This document shows, in pieces, positions 1 to 10,535 of a stretch of 64,000 nucleotides of DNA. How positions within the stretch are numbered: the first letter of the stretch is position 1; each line of letters opens with the position of its first letter. This stretch comes from a virus (taxonomy: Duplodnaviria; Caudoviricetes). The DNA is taken from positions 1-64,000 of IMG/VR virus record IMGVR_UViG_3300042566_001028. The stretch is one strand, 5' to 3'. The position numbers and the translations under genes are program-made. Below the pieces are notes generated by a model. That model had not been told where the DNA came from and did not search any database. It saw only the letters and a list, made by a program, of their open reading frames with translations.

Positions 1-2
1 AA

Positions 3-34
3 TTTGGAGAATTAAGATATTTTTCTTATATTTG
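3..34 (+). promoter_or_regulatory. Bacteroidota-type -33/-7 promoter
   Basis: TTTG at 3 and TATATTTG at 27 (20-nt spacer); the motif recurs 16 times; ATG lies 4 nt after the -7 box. Confidence 0.75.
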
Positions 35-38
35 ATTT

Positions 39-353
39 ATGTCAATAAGAAAGAGATATAAACCAATCCAAATAACGGCTGATGACCCTTCGGATATTTT
101 TGAAACAAATAGACGAGAACTTGCAAAAGCAATCGTAGAAGGTATTCAACATGGTTTAAGAACTAAAAAGAAGAGAGTTGATTTTGCAAAAGTCTTAATT
201 AAAGGAATCATTGTCATTACACTATCAATTGATAGTAGAGAATTTTCAGAACTTTTAGAAGAACAATTACAGGTTCTTATTGATTTTGAGGAGTATGAAT
301 CTTGTGCGTTAGTTGTTAAATTACAAAATAAATTAAATAAACAAAAAGTATAG
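39..353 (+). CDS. hypothetical protein
   Basis: 104 aa ORF directly after a promoter; C-terminal FEEYESCA helix; family not recognised. Confidence 0.65.
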   Translation: MSIRKRYKPIQITADDPSDIFETNRRELAKAIVEGIQHGLRTKKKRVDFAKVLIKGIIVITLSIDSREFSELLEEQLQVLIDFEEYESCALVVKLQNKLNKQKV

Positions 354-355
354 GT

Positions 356-598
356 ATGGAAAAATTAGAACTTTACGAAAAATGTATAATGTGTAATATG
401 GAGACTACTATATTAAAAACCACTCATGTCGATTTTAGATATGGATATGTGGAAGGAGCAGGACAATTGTGTAGAGAATGTTATTTAAAAGAAGATAGAA
501 ATTTAATTACAATTAATAGTAGATTAATAATAGATACCCCAAATGATATGGAACTTGGAAAAAAAGTTAGACAAATATATTGGGATAGTAAAAAATAA
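356..598 (+). CDS. hypothetical protein, putative Zn-binding
   Basis: CxxC...CxxC (CIMC, CREC); tight operon spacing. Confidence 0.6.
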   Translation: MEKLELYEKCIMCNMETTILKTTHVDFRYGYVEGAGQLCRECYLKEDRNLITINSRLIIDTPNDMELGKKVRQIYWDSKK

Positions 599-601
599 GT
601 T

Positions 602-895
602 ATGGCAGAAAAGAAAAAAGATTCGGAGTTATTTTTAGGTGGAGGACACTTAAATATTCAATCGACACAATACGTTGAAACCTACAATTCATTAAAATTG
701 ATAACAATTACAGACGGAGCAATTGAATTAAATGTAGAAATAAAAGCCGATTTTAGTAAGATACCTGAAAAGTATCACGAAGTATTTTTAAATATGTTTT
801 CATCAAAATATGTAGGAACAACGTCATTTGGAGATAATCCATTTAGTTTATGTAAACCTGCACCTAAAAGAAAATGGTATCAAATCTGGAAATAA
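602..895 (+). CDS. hypothetical protein
   Basis: 97 aa ORF, 3 nt from both neighbours. Confidence 0.6.
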   Translation: MAEKKKDSELFLGGGHLNIQSTQYVETYNSLKLITITDGAIELNVEIKADFSKIPEKYHEVFLNMFSSKYVGTTSFGDNPFSLCKPAPKRKWYQIWK

Positions 896-898
896 TAT

Positions 899-1132
899 AT
901 GAATAAAGCATCTGAAATATTTCTAAGTTGGAGACGTGCAGCAAACCCAACACCCGAACAAACTATGTTGGCCGGTAAAAGATATACCATATGTCAAACC
1001 TGTCCATCAAAACAACCTTCCATAGTATTTACAGAAATATGTGGTGAATGTGGTTGTCCATTAGGTAAAAAAATATTTACACCTATTATGGGTAGTTGTG
1101 ATTTAGGAAAATGGAATAAAGTAGAAAATTAA
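899..1132 (+). CDS. small Cys-rich protein
   Basis: RYTICQTCP...CGECGC...CDLGKW pattern. Confidence 0.6.
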   Translation: MNKASEIFLSWRRAANPTPEQTMLAGKRYTICQTCPSKQPSIVFTEICGECGCPLGKKIFTPIMGSCDLGKWNKVEN

Positions 1133-1144
1133 AAAATAAGTTAT

Positions 1145-1375
1145 ATGTCGGATATAAAAGAAATGGTAAATGGCCCTCAACACTATGGGGGAGTAGACAA
1201 TCCATATGAAGTAATTAAAGTATGTGAAGCATGGGGATTAGACAAAGATGCATACCTATTCAATGTAGTCAAATATGTTGCAAGAGCAGGTAAAAAAGAC
1301 CCTCAAAAGGAACTGGAAGACCTCAAAAAAGCTGTATTTTACCTCGAAAGAAAGGTAAAAAACCTACAAAAATAA
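1145..1375 (+). CDS. DUF3310 family protein (T7 gp1.7-like nucleotide kinase domain)
   Basis: VNGPQHY, NVVKYVARAGKK and EDLKKAVFYL motifs. Confidence 0.8.
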   Translation: MSDIKEMVNGPQHYGGVDNPYEVIKVCEAWGLDKDAYLFNVVKYVARAGKKDPQKELEDLKKAVFYLERKVKNLQK

Positions 1376-1376
1376 A

Positions 1377-1408
1377 TTTGGTAATGTGGAAAAATAGTCG
1401 TATATTTA
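1377..1408 (+). promoter_or_regulatory. Bacteroidota-type promoter for the replication operon
   Basis: TTTGG at 1377 and TATATTTA at 1401. Confidence 0.75.
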
Positions 1409-1506
1409 TAGTAATAAAAGATGAAAAAGTTATATTTAGATATAGGAATATCGCGATATAAACCTCAACTTTAAAAACAAATTTTAAACCTTAAAAACAA
1501 AAAACA

Positions 1507-2349
1507 ATGGACATTTCATTGGCTCTAAAGAGATTTAGCTCTTTACAAAACAACACTAAAAAGTCGGATTCAATCTTTAAACCGGCAAACGGAAAATCTC
1601 AAGTGAGAATCGTTCCTTACAAGTTCAACAAAGACATTCCTTTCATTGAACTTTACTTTCACTACAACATTAACAATAAGACTTATTTGAGTCCAATGTC
1701 ATTTGGTAGACCTGACCCTATCGTTGAGTTTGCAGAAAAACTTAAGAGAACAGGTGATACTGATGATTGGAAAGCAGGTAAGAAAATGGAACCAAAGTTA
1801 AGAACTTTCGTACCAGTTATCGTAAGAGGTAAAGAATCAGAGGGAGTAAAATTCTGGGGATTCGGTAAGACAGTTTATCAAGATATCTTAGGATATATTG
1901 CTGACCCTGATTACGGAGATATTACAGACCCAAACACAGGTAGAGATATCGTATTGGAAGTAATGTCAGCAGAAGAGTCTAATGCATCTTATCCAACAAC
2001 AACAATCAGAGTTAAACCTGCAACATCTAAATTAGCAGATTCTCCGGAAACTATTCAACAATTATTAGATGGTCAAAAAGAAATTACTGAATTATATCAG
2101 GAGTTATCTTACGCAGAATTAAAGTCAGTTTTAGAAAATTGGTTAAATCCATCGGCAGCAGTTAATGATGAAATCGTTGAGGAATTAGAAGCACCAAAAC
2201 CAAAAGCAGTAGTTGCAACTCCAACACAACCAATGGTTGACTTAGGTGGAACATCTGATATTAGTGGTGACTTACCTTGGGAAAAGGAAGAAGCTCCTAA
2301 ACAAAAAGATGATGTAGCATCAGCATTTGATGATTTATTTAACAATTAA
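1507..2349 (+). CDS. single-stranded DNA-binding protein (T4 gp32-like)
   Basis: FKP..G...VRIVP, WGFGKTVY and DITDPNTGRDI motifs; acidic tail AFDDLFNN; adjacent to UvsX. Confidence 0.85.
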   Translation: MDISLALKRFSSLQNNTKKSDSIFKPANGKSQVRIVPYKFNKDIPFIELYFHYNINNKTYLSPMSFGRPDPIVEFAEKLKRTGDTDDWKAGKKMEPKLRTFVPVIVRGKESEGVKFWGFGKTVYQDILGYIADPDYGDITDPNTGRDIVLEVMSAEESNASYPTTTIRVKPATSKLADSPETIQQLLDGQKEITELYQELSYAELKSVLENWLNPSAAVNDEIVEELEAPKPKAVVATPTQPMVDLGGTSDISGDLPWEKEEAPKQKDDVASAFDDLFNN

Positions 2350-2362
2350 TAATTAGGTTACA

Positions 2363-3469
2363 ATGGCCAAAAGAGAAGAGGATTTAGCAAGTATTCTTGC
2401 TGATTCATTAAACAAACAAAATAAGGATGGTAAGATTGCCTACTTTCTAAATGATGAAGGTGGTGATGCTCCTACCAATGTTAAAGATTGGATTTCAACT
2501 GGTAATGCTATGTTGGATGTTGCAATCTCTAATAGACCTTATGGTGGCTTCCCTGTTGGACGTATATGTGAGATTACGGGTTTAGAGCAGAGTGGAAAAT
2601 CTCTGCTCTCTGCCCATATTCTTGCAGAAACACAACGTAAAGGTGGAGTAGCCGTATTGATTGATACCGAAACTGCGGTAAGTAGAGAATATTTAGAAGC
2701 AATCGGAGTAGATATTTCAAAACTATTATATGTTTCAGTTGACACCGTCGAAGGTATTTTTGAAGCATGTGAAACAATTATTGAAAAGGTTAGAACAGGA
2801 GACAAAGATAGATTAGTTACAATTGTAGTCGATTCAGTAGCAGCAGCATCTTCAAAGAAAGAGATGGAAGCCGATTACGATAAAGATGGTTACGCAACTG
2901 ATAAGGCAATTATCATTTCAAAAGCAATGAGAAAGATTACCAATATGATTGGTCGTCAATCAATTGCATTAGTATTCACAAATCAATTAAGACAGAAAAT
3001 GAACGCAATGTTCGGTGACCCTTGGACAACATCCGGTGGTAAAGCACTTGCATTTCATGCTTCGGTTAGATTGAGATTAAAGAATATGGGCCAACTTAAA
3101 GCCGGTGATAGAATCGTAGGTATCAAAGTTCGTTGTCAGGTTATTAAAAACAGAATGGGCCCACCATTGAGACACGCAGATTTCGATATATTCTTTGATA
3201 GAGGTATTGACAATTATGGTGGATGGTTATCAGTAATGAAAGACGCCAAAATTGTAAAGCAAGCAGGAGCTTGGTATGAATACATCGACATTGATAGTGG
3301 TGAAGTTATGAAGTTTCAATCAAAGGATTTTCCAAAGATGTTAGAAAATCAAGAACTAAAAGACCAAATCTATGTAAGGATTTGTGAGGCAACAATATTA
3401 TTATATAAGAACAATTCCAATTCGGATGAAGTTGAAGTAACAACGGACGAAGCAAATGAGTCAGATTAA
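2363..3469 (+). CDS. uvsX: RecA/UvsX recombinase
   Basis: Walker A GLEQSGKS, IVVDSVAA, FTNQLR, TSGGKALAFHASVRL, KNR. Confidence 0.95.
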   Translation: MAKREEDLASILADSLNKQNKDGKIAYFLNDEGGDAPTNVKDWISTGNAMLDVAISNRPYGGFPVGRICEITGLEQSGKSLLSAHILAETQRKGGVAVLIDTETAVSREYLEAIGVDISKLLYVSVDTVEGIFEACETIIEKVRTGDKDRLVTIVVDSVAAASSKKEMEADYDKDGYATDKAIIISKAMRKITNMIGRQSIALVFTNQLRQKMNAMFGDPWTTSGGKALAFHASVRLRLKNMGQLKAGDRIVGIKVRCQVIKNRMGPPLRHADFDIFFDRGIDNYGGWLSVMKDAKIVKQAGAWYEYIDIDSGEVMKFQSKDFPKMLENQELKDQIYVRICEATILLYKNNSNSDEVEVTTDEANESD

Positions 3470-4514
3470 CAAAAAGTATTTAGATATACTAAAAGAAATA
3501 GATGAAGAACATAAAGGATTTGGAGATTTGCAACGCAACTCTAAAACTTTAGTAATTGATGGTCTTAATACCTTCATTCGTTCTTGGTCAACTGCACCTA
3601 ATCTTAACGATAATGGTGACCATATTGGAGGCATAGTCGGTACTTTAAAAAGTATCGGCTTTGCAATCCGCACAATTAACCCCACAAGAGTTGTCGTTGT
3701 TTTTGACGGCAAAGGTGGTTCACAAAGTAGAAAAGACATATATTCTGGTTACAAATCAGAGAGAGGCAAGAACAAAATCAAAATGAGATTGAATCGTGCC
3801 GCATCTATTGAAATGAATCCAGAAGAAGAAAGTGCATCAATGAAAAGACAAATGTCTGCATTGGGTGAATTGCTTTCATCATTACCTGTTTCTATTATGA
3901 TTTACGATGGAATTGAAGCAGATGATGTTATGGCGTATATTGCAACAACCCTACGACAAGAAAACGAAAAGGTTGTGATAATGAGTACGGATAAGGATTT
4001 CCTTCAATTGGTAAATAAAGATGTGAGTGTATATTCACCATCTAAAAAGAAAGTTTACAATATTCCAGAAGTAGTAGAAGAATTTGGTATTCATCCACAC
4101 AATTTCATTAATTTCAGAATGATTGACGGAGACAAATCCGACAATGTAGAAGGTATTAGTGGATTGGGTGTTAAATCGATTATGAAAGCATTTCCAATGT
4201 TAACGGAACACCAATTAGTTGATACTACCGATATGGTTAATTATGTAAACACATTAACAAAAAAATCAAAAGCACACGAATTATTCTTAGATAATTTGGA
4301 AATTTGCGAAAGAAATCGTAAATTGATGCAGTTAGCAGAACCAACATTTAGTGGTAATCTCCGTATGAAAATTATGGATAGATACAACGAACCTACTACC
4401 AAATTTGACAAACAAACTTTCTTAAAGTATGGTTTGAAGAATAGAATATTAGAAGGTTTCCCAAATGTGTTGGACTGGTTACAATCAACATTTTCACATA
4501 TAGCAAAATTTTAA
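3456..4514 (+). CDS. 5'-3' exonuclease / RNase H (FEN family)
   Basis: IDGLN, VFDG, YKSER, EADD, STDKD and GDKSDNVEGISGLG motifs. Confidence 0.92.
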   Translation: MSQINKKYLDILKEIDEEHKGFGDLQRNSKTLVIDGLNTFIRSWSTAPNLNDNGDHIGGIVGTLKSIGFAIRTINPTRVVVVFDGKGGSQSRKDIYSGYKSERGKNKIKMRLNRAASIEMNPEEESASMKRQMSALGELLSSLPVSIMIYDGIEADDVMAYIATTLRQENEKVVIMSTDKDFLQLVNKDVSVYSPSKKKVYNIPEVVEEFGIHPHNFINFRMIDGDKSDNVEGISGLGVKSIMKAFPMLTEHQLVDTTDMVNYVNTLTKKSKAHELFLDNLEICERNRKLMQLAEPTFSGNLRMKIMDRYNEPTTKFDKQTFLKYGLKNRILEGFPNVLDWLQSTFSHIAKF

Positions 4515-4526
4515 AAACAAAAAGTT

Positions 4527-4841
4527 ATGGCAAAGTCAGTAGACAAATTAGCAAAACCATTAGGAGACAGAGTTCTTTTAACGGAATTAGAAGCAGAGGC
4601 ATCAAAAACTGCCGGTGGTATCATTATCCCAGATAGTGCAAAATCGGAAGATGTAAAAAGAGCAAAAGTAGAAGCCGTAGGTGACGGAATCTATACACAA
4701 AGTGGAGTAGCAATTCCAATGAGTGTAAAAGTAGGTGATGAAGTAATCCTTCCACCATATCATCAAGGAGTAGAAATTAAAGTAGGTGGTAACAAATACA
4801 TCTTACTTAGAGAATCAGAATTATTAATGGTTATTAGATAA
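4527..4841 (+). CDS. groES: co-chaperonin GroES
   Basis: KPLGDRVL, TAGGIIIPDSA, VKVGDEV, LRESELL. Confidence 0.95.
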   Translation: MAKSVDKLAKPLGDRVLLTELEAEASKTAGGIIIPDSAKSEDVKRAKVEAVGDGIYTQSGVAIPMSVKVGDEVILPPYHQGVEIKVGGNKYILLRESELLMVIR

Positions 4842-4863
4842 CATAAAAACATGGAGGTCAACA

Positions 4864-5019
4864 ATGAAGTGTCTTAAAAGTAATAAAACAGGAAAAATTA
4901 TTAGAGTATCTGATAAAGATGCCAATAATGCAACGAGTGAGTGGAAGTTCATTCCAAAAAGTGAATGGAAAGCTGCAACAAGAAAAGTAAAAGTAGAAAC
5001 CGATAAAATAGAAGCATAA
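4864..5019 (+). CDS. small hypothetical protein (51 aa, below ORF-track cutoff)
   Basis: MKCLKSNKTGKIIRVSD...WKFIPKSEWK...; GGAGG upstream; TAATG overlap with the helicase start. Confidence 0.65.
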   Translation: MKCLKSNKTGKIIRVSDKDANNATSEWKFIPKSEWKAATRKVKVETDKIEA

Positions 5020-6377
5020 TGCAAGAAGTAGATACACTAGTCAAATATGGCCAGGGTTATCAATCTAAAGTTGTAGCTGCACTTATCACGGATGTAAAAT
5101 TTTTAGAACAAGTTGGTGAAATTACTAAACCTGCATTTTTTGAATCTCAAGCAAACCAATGGATTATAGGTGAAGTCCAACATTACTTTGATGAGTATAG
5201 AACAGTTCCGACAATGGAAGTGTTTAAGATTAAAGTCGGTGCAATAGAGGATAAGGGATTGAAGTTAACTGTAGTAGAACAATTAAAGAATGTTTACTTA
5301 CAGGTTGGTTGTGAGGATATGCCTTATGTAAAAAAGGAGTATCTAACATTTTGTAAAAACCAAAAAGTTAAAGAAGCCCTATTCAAATCAGTAGACTTAC
5401 TCAAAAACGGACAATACGAACAAATCATAGATACAATGATGAAGGCATCCAAAGTGGGTGTTGAATCTGATTTGGGTTTAGATTTTATTGAAGATTTTGA
5501 AAGTATATTAGAGAATGTCAAACGAGATTCGTGTCCTACGGGTTGGTCAGTAATTGATGAACTTATGGATGGTGGTTTAGGTCCCGGCGAATTAGGTGTA
5601 GTAATGGCTCCATCGGGTATCGGTAAAAGTTGGTTCTTATCTAAAATAGCATGTTCTGCTTTGGAAAAGGGTATTGATGTAATACATTATACTTTGGAAT
5701 TATCAGAAAGTTATGTAGGACAAAGATACATCACAATTTTAACGGGTATTCCAACAACCGACCAGAAAGATAGAAAGGATGAGATTATCAGAAAGGTAAA
5801 ACAAGTTCCAGGTAGAGTTCGTATTAAGTATTATCCACCACAATTTGCATCTGCTAAAACAATTGCAGCTCACATTGAAAAGATAAAACAAACCGGATTC
5901 AAACCAAAACTTATCATTATTGACTACGCAGATTTATTAAAGAGTGGAAATGGTAACAGGGATGGTCTTTATGCTGAATTAGGTGGGATATATGAGGAGT
6001 TAAGAGGTTTGAGTGGTGAAACACTTATCCCGATTTGGACAGCAACACAGACCAATAGAGCAGCAATAGACCACGAAGTTATTGGGGCAGATTCGGTAGG
6101 TGATTCATATAAGAAAGTTCAAACTGCAGATTTCATTATGTCGGTTAGTAGAAAAACAAAGGATAAGTTATCAAACACAGGTCGTATTCATATTGTCAAA
6201 AATAGATTTGGTCCTGATGGTTTAACATTTCCTGCAAAAATTGACACCTTTACAGGTACAATGGATGTATTTGCAGCAACATCGGTGGATGGTATGGCAT
6301 CAACTAGAGATAGTAAAAGTGGTGAAGGATTAGAGAAAAAACTCCTACATAAAAAGTATGTGGAGAATATGGGATAA
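5019..6377 (+). CDS. replicative DNA helicase (DnaB/T4 gp41-like)
   Basis: MAPSGIGKS Walker A, YTLEL, IIIDYADLL, TATQTNR, KNRFGPDG. Confidence 0.93.
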   Translation: MQEVDTLVKYGQGYQSKVVAALITDVKFLEQVGEITKPAFFESQANQWIIGEVQHYFDEYRTVPTMEVFKIKVGAIEDKGLKLTVVEQLKNVYLQVGCEDMPYVKKEYLTFCKNQKVKEALFKSVDLLKNGQYEQIIDTMMKASKVGVESDLGLDFIEDFESILENVKRDSCPTGWSVIDELMDGGLGPGELGVVMAPSGIGKSWFLSKIACSALEKGIDVIHYTLELSESYVGQRYITILTGIPTTDQKDRKDEIIRKVKQVPGRVRIKYYPPQFASAKTIAAHIEKIKQTGFKPKLIIIDYADLLKSGNGNRDGLYAELGGIYEELRGLSGETLIPIWTATQTNRAAIDHEVIGADSVGDSYKKVQTADFIMSVSRKTKDKLSNTGRIHIVKNRFGPDGLTFPAKIDTFTGTMDVFAATSVDGMASTRDSKSGEGLEKKLLHKKYVENMG

Positions 6378-6539
6378 GTATAAAAAAATTAAAAAAAGTG
6401 TGAATAAATATTTTTGAAAAAACCTAAAATTAACTAAAGAAAATGGGGTATAACAGTAGTCTAGTCCATATATATCTTTACATTTCCCACTTTTTAGGGG
6501 AAAATATTTACTAACTAAAATTAAAAATTTACAAACAAA

Positions 6540-8396
6540 ATGGACATTTCAAACAAAATCCTTTCAGAAATTACGGTTTATATGAAGTATGCAAAATACA
6601 GACCCGAATTACAAAGGAGAGAGACGTGGGAGGAATTGGTTACAAGAAATATGGAAATGCATATTAAAAAGTATCCACAATTAGAACAAGAGATTAGAGA
6701 TAACTACAAATTCGTATATGATAAGAAGTGTTTACCATCTATGCGTTCAATGCAGTTCGCAGGTAAACCGATTGAAATGTCACCAAATAGAATTTACAAT
6801 TGTGCATTTGCACCAATAGATGATTGGAGAGTATTTTCTGAAATTATGTTCTTACTATTAGGTGGAACAGGTGTTGGTTATTCAGTTCAAAAACATCACG
6901 TTGAAGCATTGCCTGAAATTAGAAAACCAAATGCAGACAAAACTCGTAGATTCCTTATTGGAGATTCTATTGAAGGATGGGCAGATTCAATTTCAGTATT
7001 GGTTAAAGCATATTTCTTTGGCGGAAGTAAACCACAATTTGACTTTAGAGATATTAGAGCAAAAGGAGCAAGATTAATTACATCAGGTGGTAAAGCACCA
7101 GGACCTCAACCTCTAAAAGAATGTCTTATTAAATTAGAAGGTATTTTAGATGCAAAAAAAGATGGCGATAAATTATCTCCATTGGAAGTACATGATATGG
7201 TTTGTCATATTGCAGATGCAGTATTGGCAGGTGGTATTAGAAGAGCTGCATTAATTTCTTTGTTCTCTGCAAATGACGAACAAATGATTAGTTGTAAGAG
7301 TGGAGCTTGGTGGGAAACAAATCCACAAAGAGGTAGAGCAAATAACTCAGCAGTATTGATGAGACATAAGATTGACAAACCTTACTTTATGGATTTGTGG
7401 AAAAGAATTGAAGCAAGTGGAGCAGGTGAACCTGGTATCTACTTATCAAACGACAAAGATTGGGGAACTAATCCATGTTGTGAGATTGCATTGAGACCTT
7501 TCCAATTCTGTAATTTATGTGAAGTAAATGTAAGTGATGTAGTTGACCAAGACGATTTGAACGCAAGAGTTAAAGCAGCATCATTCATTGGAACATTACA
7601 AGCGGGTTATACTGATTTCCATTACTTAAGACCAATCTGGCAAAGAACAACTGAAAAGGACGCACTTATTGGTGTATCTATGACAGGTATCGGAAGTGGT
7701 GCAGTTTTGAAAATGAATATGAAAGAAGCAGCAAAAGTTGTGAAAGTTGAAAATACAAGAGTGGCGGATATGTTAAGTATCAATCCATCTGCAAGAACTA
7801 CAACAGTTAAACCGGCAGGAACAACATCATTGACATTAGGAACCAGTTCGGGCATTCACGCTTGGCATAATGATTACTATATTCGTAGAGTAAGAGTAGG
7901 TAAGAACGAAGCAATTTATTCTCACTTATTATTAAATCATCCAGAATTAGTAGAAGATGAATATTTTAGACCACATGATACCGCAGTAATTGGTATTCCA
8001 CAAAAGGCACCATCGGATGCAATTTTTAGAACTGAATCTCCAATTCAATTATTAGAGAGAGTTAAAAAAGTACATGGTGAATGGATTAAACCAGGTCATA
8101 GAACAGGAAACAACACACACAATGTATCTGCAACTGTTTCAATTAGAGAACATGAGTGGGATGCAGTTGGAGAGTGGATGTGGGAAAATAAAGAATTTTA
8201 TAATGGACTTTCGGTATTACCTTACGATGGTGGAACTTATATTCAAGCACCATTCGAAGATTGCACGAAAGAAAAATATGAAGAATTATTAAAAACACTT
8301 ACCGAAGTCGACTTAAGTAAAGTTATTGAAATCGAAGATAATACGGATTTATCGGGTGAGGTAGCTTGTGCAGGAGGTGCGTGTGAAGTTAAATAA
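6540..8396 (+). CDS. nrdJ: class II (AdoCbl-dependent) ribonucleoside-triphosphate reductase
   Basis: GTNPCCEI active site, GGIRRAA, TTVKPAGTTS, C-terminal CAGGACEV; no beta subunit nearby. Confidence 0.88.
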   Translation: MDISNKILSEITVYMKYAKYRPELQRRETWEELVTRNMEMHIKKYPQLEQEIRDNYKFVYDKKCLPSMRSMQFAGKPIEMSPNRIYNCAFAPIDDWRVFSEIMFLLLGGTGVGYSVQKHHVEALPEIRKPNADKTRRFLIGDSIEGWADSISVLVKAYFFGGSKPQFDFRDIRAKGARLITSGGKAPGPQPLKECLIKLEGILDAKKDGDKLSPLEVHDMVCHIADAVLAGGIRRAALISLFSANDEQMISCKSGAWWETNPQRGRANNSAVLMRHKIDKPYFMDLWKRIEASGAGEPGIYLSNDKDWGTNPCCEIALRPFQFCNLCEVNVSDVVDQDDLNARVKAASFIGTLQAGYTDFHYLRPIWQRTTEKDALIGVSMTGIGSGAVLKMNMKEAAKVVKVENTRVADMLSINPSARTTTVKPAGTTSLTLGTSSGIHAWHNDYYIRRVRVGKNEAIYSHLLLNHPELVEDEYFRPHDTAVIGIPQKAPSDAIFRTESPIQLLERVKKVHGEWIKPGHRTGNNTHNVSATVSIREHEWDAVGEWMWENKEFYNGLSVLPYDGGTYIQAPFEDCTKEKYEELLKTLTEVDLSKVIEIEDNTDLSGEVACAGGACEVK

Positions 8397-8565
8397 AGAT
8401 GATAAGGAATTATATTATTTGGAAAATGGTAAAGTGGTGTTCACTCCTGAGTATCACCTTAAGCGAGGTGATTGCTGTGGGAGTGGGTGCCGTCATTGTC
8501 CATATATTCCAGTTGGTATAAAAGGAAATAAAAATATAAAACAAAAACAAAATGGTAACAGTTAA
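8383..8565 (+). CDS. DUF5522-like Cys-rich protein
   Basis: VVFTPEYHLKRGDCCGSGCRHCPY; start uncertain (GTG 8383). Confidence 0.7.
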   Translation: MKLNKDDKELYYLENGKVVFTPEYHLKRGDCCGSGCRHCPYIPVGIKGNKNIKQKQNGNS

Positions 8566-8815
8566 AAAATTCTCGGCAGTATGGTGTGGCCCTTGTAGAG
8601 CTTTGGCACCGGTAATGAACGAAATCAAAGGAAACTTTTCAAATGTAAAGTTTGAAGAATATGATATTGATGAATATAGTGAAATCACAGAAAAATACGG
8701 AGTTCGTTCGGTTCCAACGGTAATCATCGAAAGAGATGGTGTTGAGTTACAAAGATTTGCAGGACTTTCATCTAAAATGGCATATGTCAATGCAATCAAT
8801 GAGGCAGTAAAGTAA
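8552..8815 (+). CDS. trxA: thioredoxin
   Basis: WCGPC active site and cis-Pro VPT; follows RNR. Confidence 0.92.
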   Translation: MVTVKKFSAVWCGPCRALAPVMNEIKGNFSNVKFEEYDIDEYSEITEKYGVRSVPTVIIERDGVELQRFAGLSSKMAYVNAINEAVK

Positions 8816-8816
8816 A

Positions 8817-8848
8817 TTTGGTATTGTGGAAAAAATTAGTTATATTAG
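8817..8848 (+). promoter_or_regulatory. Bacteroidota-type promoter
   Basis: TTTGG 8817, TATATTAG 8841, ATG at 8853. Confidence 0.75.
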
Positions 8849-8852
8849 AGTC

Positions 8853-9053
8853 ATGTTAAGAGGTGAAGCACATCCAATGCATAAACTTACGGAAGAACAA
8901 GTTTTGCAAATTAGGGAACTATACAAAATAGGTCATAGAAATATTAATGTAATAGCTAGGAACTATAAAGTGTCACCTGCAAACATTAAAAAAATAGTTA
9001 CAAACGAAACGTGGAAACACATGGTTAAATGGCCTTATGAAAGTACGAGATAA
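8853..9053 (+). CDS. stand-alone HTH DNA-binding protein (HNH endonuclease C-terminal type)
   Basis: RGEAHPMHKLTEEQVLQIR...IARNYKVS...I..IV...WKH; start reassigned to ATG 8853. Confidence 0.7.
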   Translation: MLRGEAHPMHKLTEEQVLQIRELYKIGHRNINVIARNYKVSPANIKKIVTNETWKHMVKWPYESTR

Positions 9054-9768
9054 TATATCATTTTTTGATTATAGTAAAACTTACGATTATCCAATATTTT
9101 TGCAAGAATGTAGCAATACGGAACATACGACTATTTTTAGAAATATAATTAATACACATCATTCTTATGTCAAATATAAAGATGTTCCACAGAGAAGAAT
9201 TAATTATTTAATTTATAGAACATCAGATGGTGTAGCAATAGGTGCAATAGGAATATCTTCATGTGTATTAGCAATTGGTGTAAGAGATAGATGGATTGGT
9301 TGGGATAAAGAAATTAGATTGAGAAATTCAAACAAAGTAGCTAACAATTATAGATTTTGTTTAATTCCTGACAATGGTATTAAAAATGTCGGAACAATGG
9401 CACTTAAATTATTAAGAGAAGAAGGTGCAAAACGATGGGAAGAAAAATATGGTGATGAGTTAATAATGTTAGAAACATTTGTTCAACCACTAATCGATGG
9501 TTCGGATAACAAACGAAATGGTGCGGTTTATTTAGCTGATAATTGGGTTATGGTCGGTGAAACATTGGGAAACTCAATTAAAAAAGCACCTGTATTATTG
9601 TGGCAAAAAGAAACTTCTGCAAGAGGAGAATTGGCTAGAACAAATCCAGAAGCTGCAATTGCAAAATATGCAGTAGGTAGAGAACACTATGTTGTTACGG
9701 AATCACCAATAAAAAAAGTATTTATAAAACCATTAGTAAAAGATTGGAAAGATAAGTTATTAAAATAA
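9037..9768 (+). CDS. DUF4338 / DruA-like GNAT-fold protein (short form)
   Basis: HHSY, RDRWIGW, NNYRF, WEEKYG, LETFV and GAVYLADNWVMVGETLG motifs. Confidence 0.75.
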   Translation: MKVRDNISFFDYSKTYDYPIFLQECSNTEHTTIFRNIINTHHSYVKYKDVPQRRINYLIYRTSDGVAIGAIGISSCVLAIGVRDRWIGWDKEIRLRNSNKVANNYRFCLIPDNGIKNVGTMALKLLREEGAKRWEEKYGDELIMLETFVQPLIDGSDNKRNGAVYLADNWVMVGETLGNSIKKAPVLLWQKETSARGELARTNPEAAIAKYAVGREHYVVTESPIKKVFIKPLVKDWKDKLLK

Positions 9769-10535
9769 TGAAAGAGTCTAATAAGTTATATTGTGATACT
9801 TCCAAGTTTAGTGTAAGGTTAATAGAAAAGTCAGTTGCAAAGAATATAATAGTAAAATATCATTATTCAAAACAATGGACAAAAGTTAGTTACGCATTAG
9901 GTTTGTTCTACGAAAATGACACCGAACATAAATTCTTTGGTGGAGTAAATCAGGAACTAATTGGAGTGATTTGTTATGGTGACCCAATTGGTAGACATTG
10001 TGGAGCTTCTATAAGTGAAACATTAGATAGAACGGAAGTGATGGAGTTGGTAAGGCTTTTTGTATTTGACGGATATGGTTGTAACATTGAAAGTTGGTTT
10101 GTCGGAAAGTCTTTTGAATGGTTAAAAGAAAACGCAAAACAAATACGAGCATTGATATCATACTCCGACCCTGTGCAAGGACATAAAGGACAAATATATC
10201 AGGCAACAAATTGGTTATATCAAGGAACAAGTATTAGACCTAATGACACATGGTCTTTTCGTTTTGAAGAAGGTGGTAAATGGATACATGGTAGAACTAT
10301 GGCACCTTATTGGGGAACAACCTCACCTTTCAAATTGCAAGAACTTATTGATAAACCATTTTGGGTAAAAAGAGAACCAAAGAAACATAGGTATATCTAC
10401 ATTTTGGGCAAGGATAAAAAAGATAAAAAGGAATTGTTGAAAAGAATAAAACATCCTCTATATCAATATCCAAAAACATTAGAGGAATATACTGAAGAAA
10501 TATTAAAATTAGAACCAATTGAAAGAGTTAAATAA
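9768..10535 (+). CDS. Mom-family DNA adenine modification protein
   Basis: KYHYS, ELVRL, ESWF, ISYSDP..GHKGQIYQATNWLYQG, KHRYIY. Confidence 0.8.
   Translation: MKESNKLYCDTSKFSVRLIEKSVAKNIIVKYHYSKQWTKVSYALGLFYENDTEHKFFGGVNQELIGVICYGDPIGRHCGASISETLDRTEVMELVRLFVFDGYGCNIESWFVGKSFEWLKENAKQIRALISYSDPVQGHKGQIYQATNWLYQGTSIRPNDTWSFRFEEGGKWIHGRTMAPYWGTTSPFKLQELIDKPFWVKREPKKHRYIYILGKDKKDKKELLKRIKHPLYQYPKTLEEYTEEILKLEPIERVK

Noticed and set aside
6378-6539. Cobalamin riboswitch upstream of nrdJ
   Set aside because: Only a short TTTCCC/GGGAAA hairpin is present; no B12-box or core consensus is visible.
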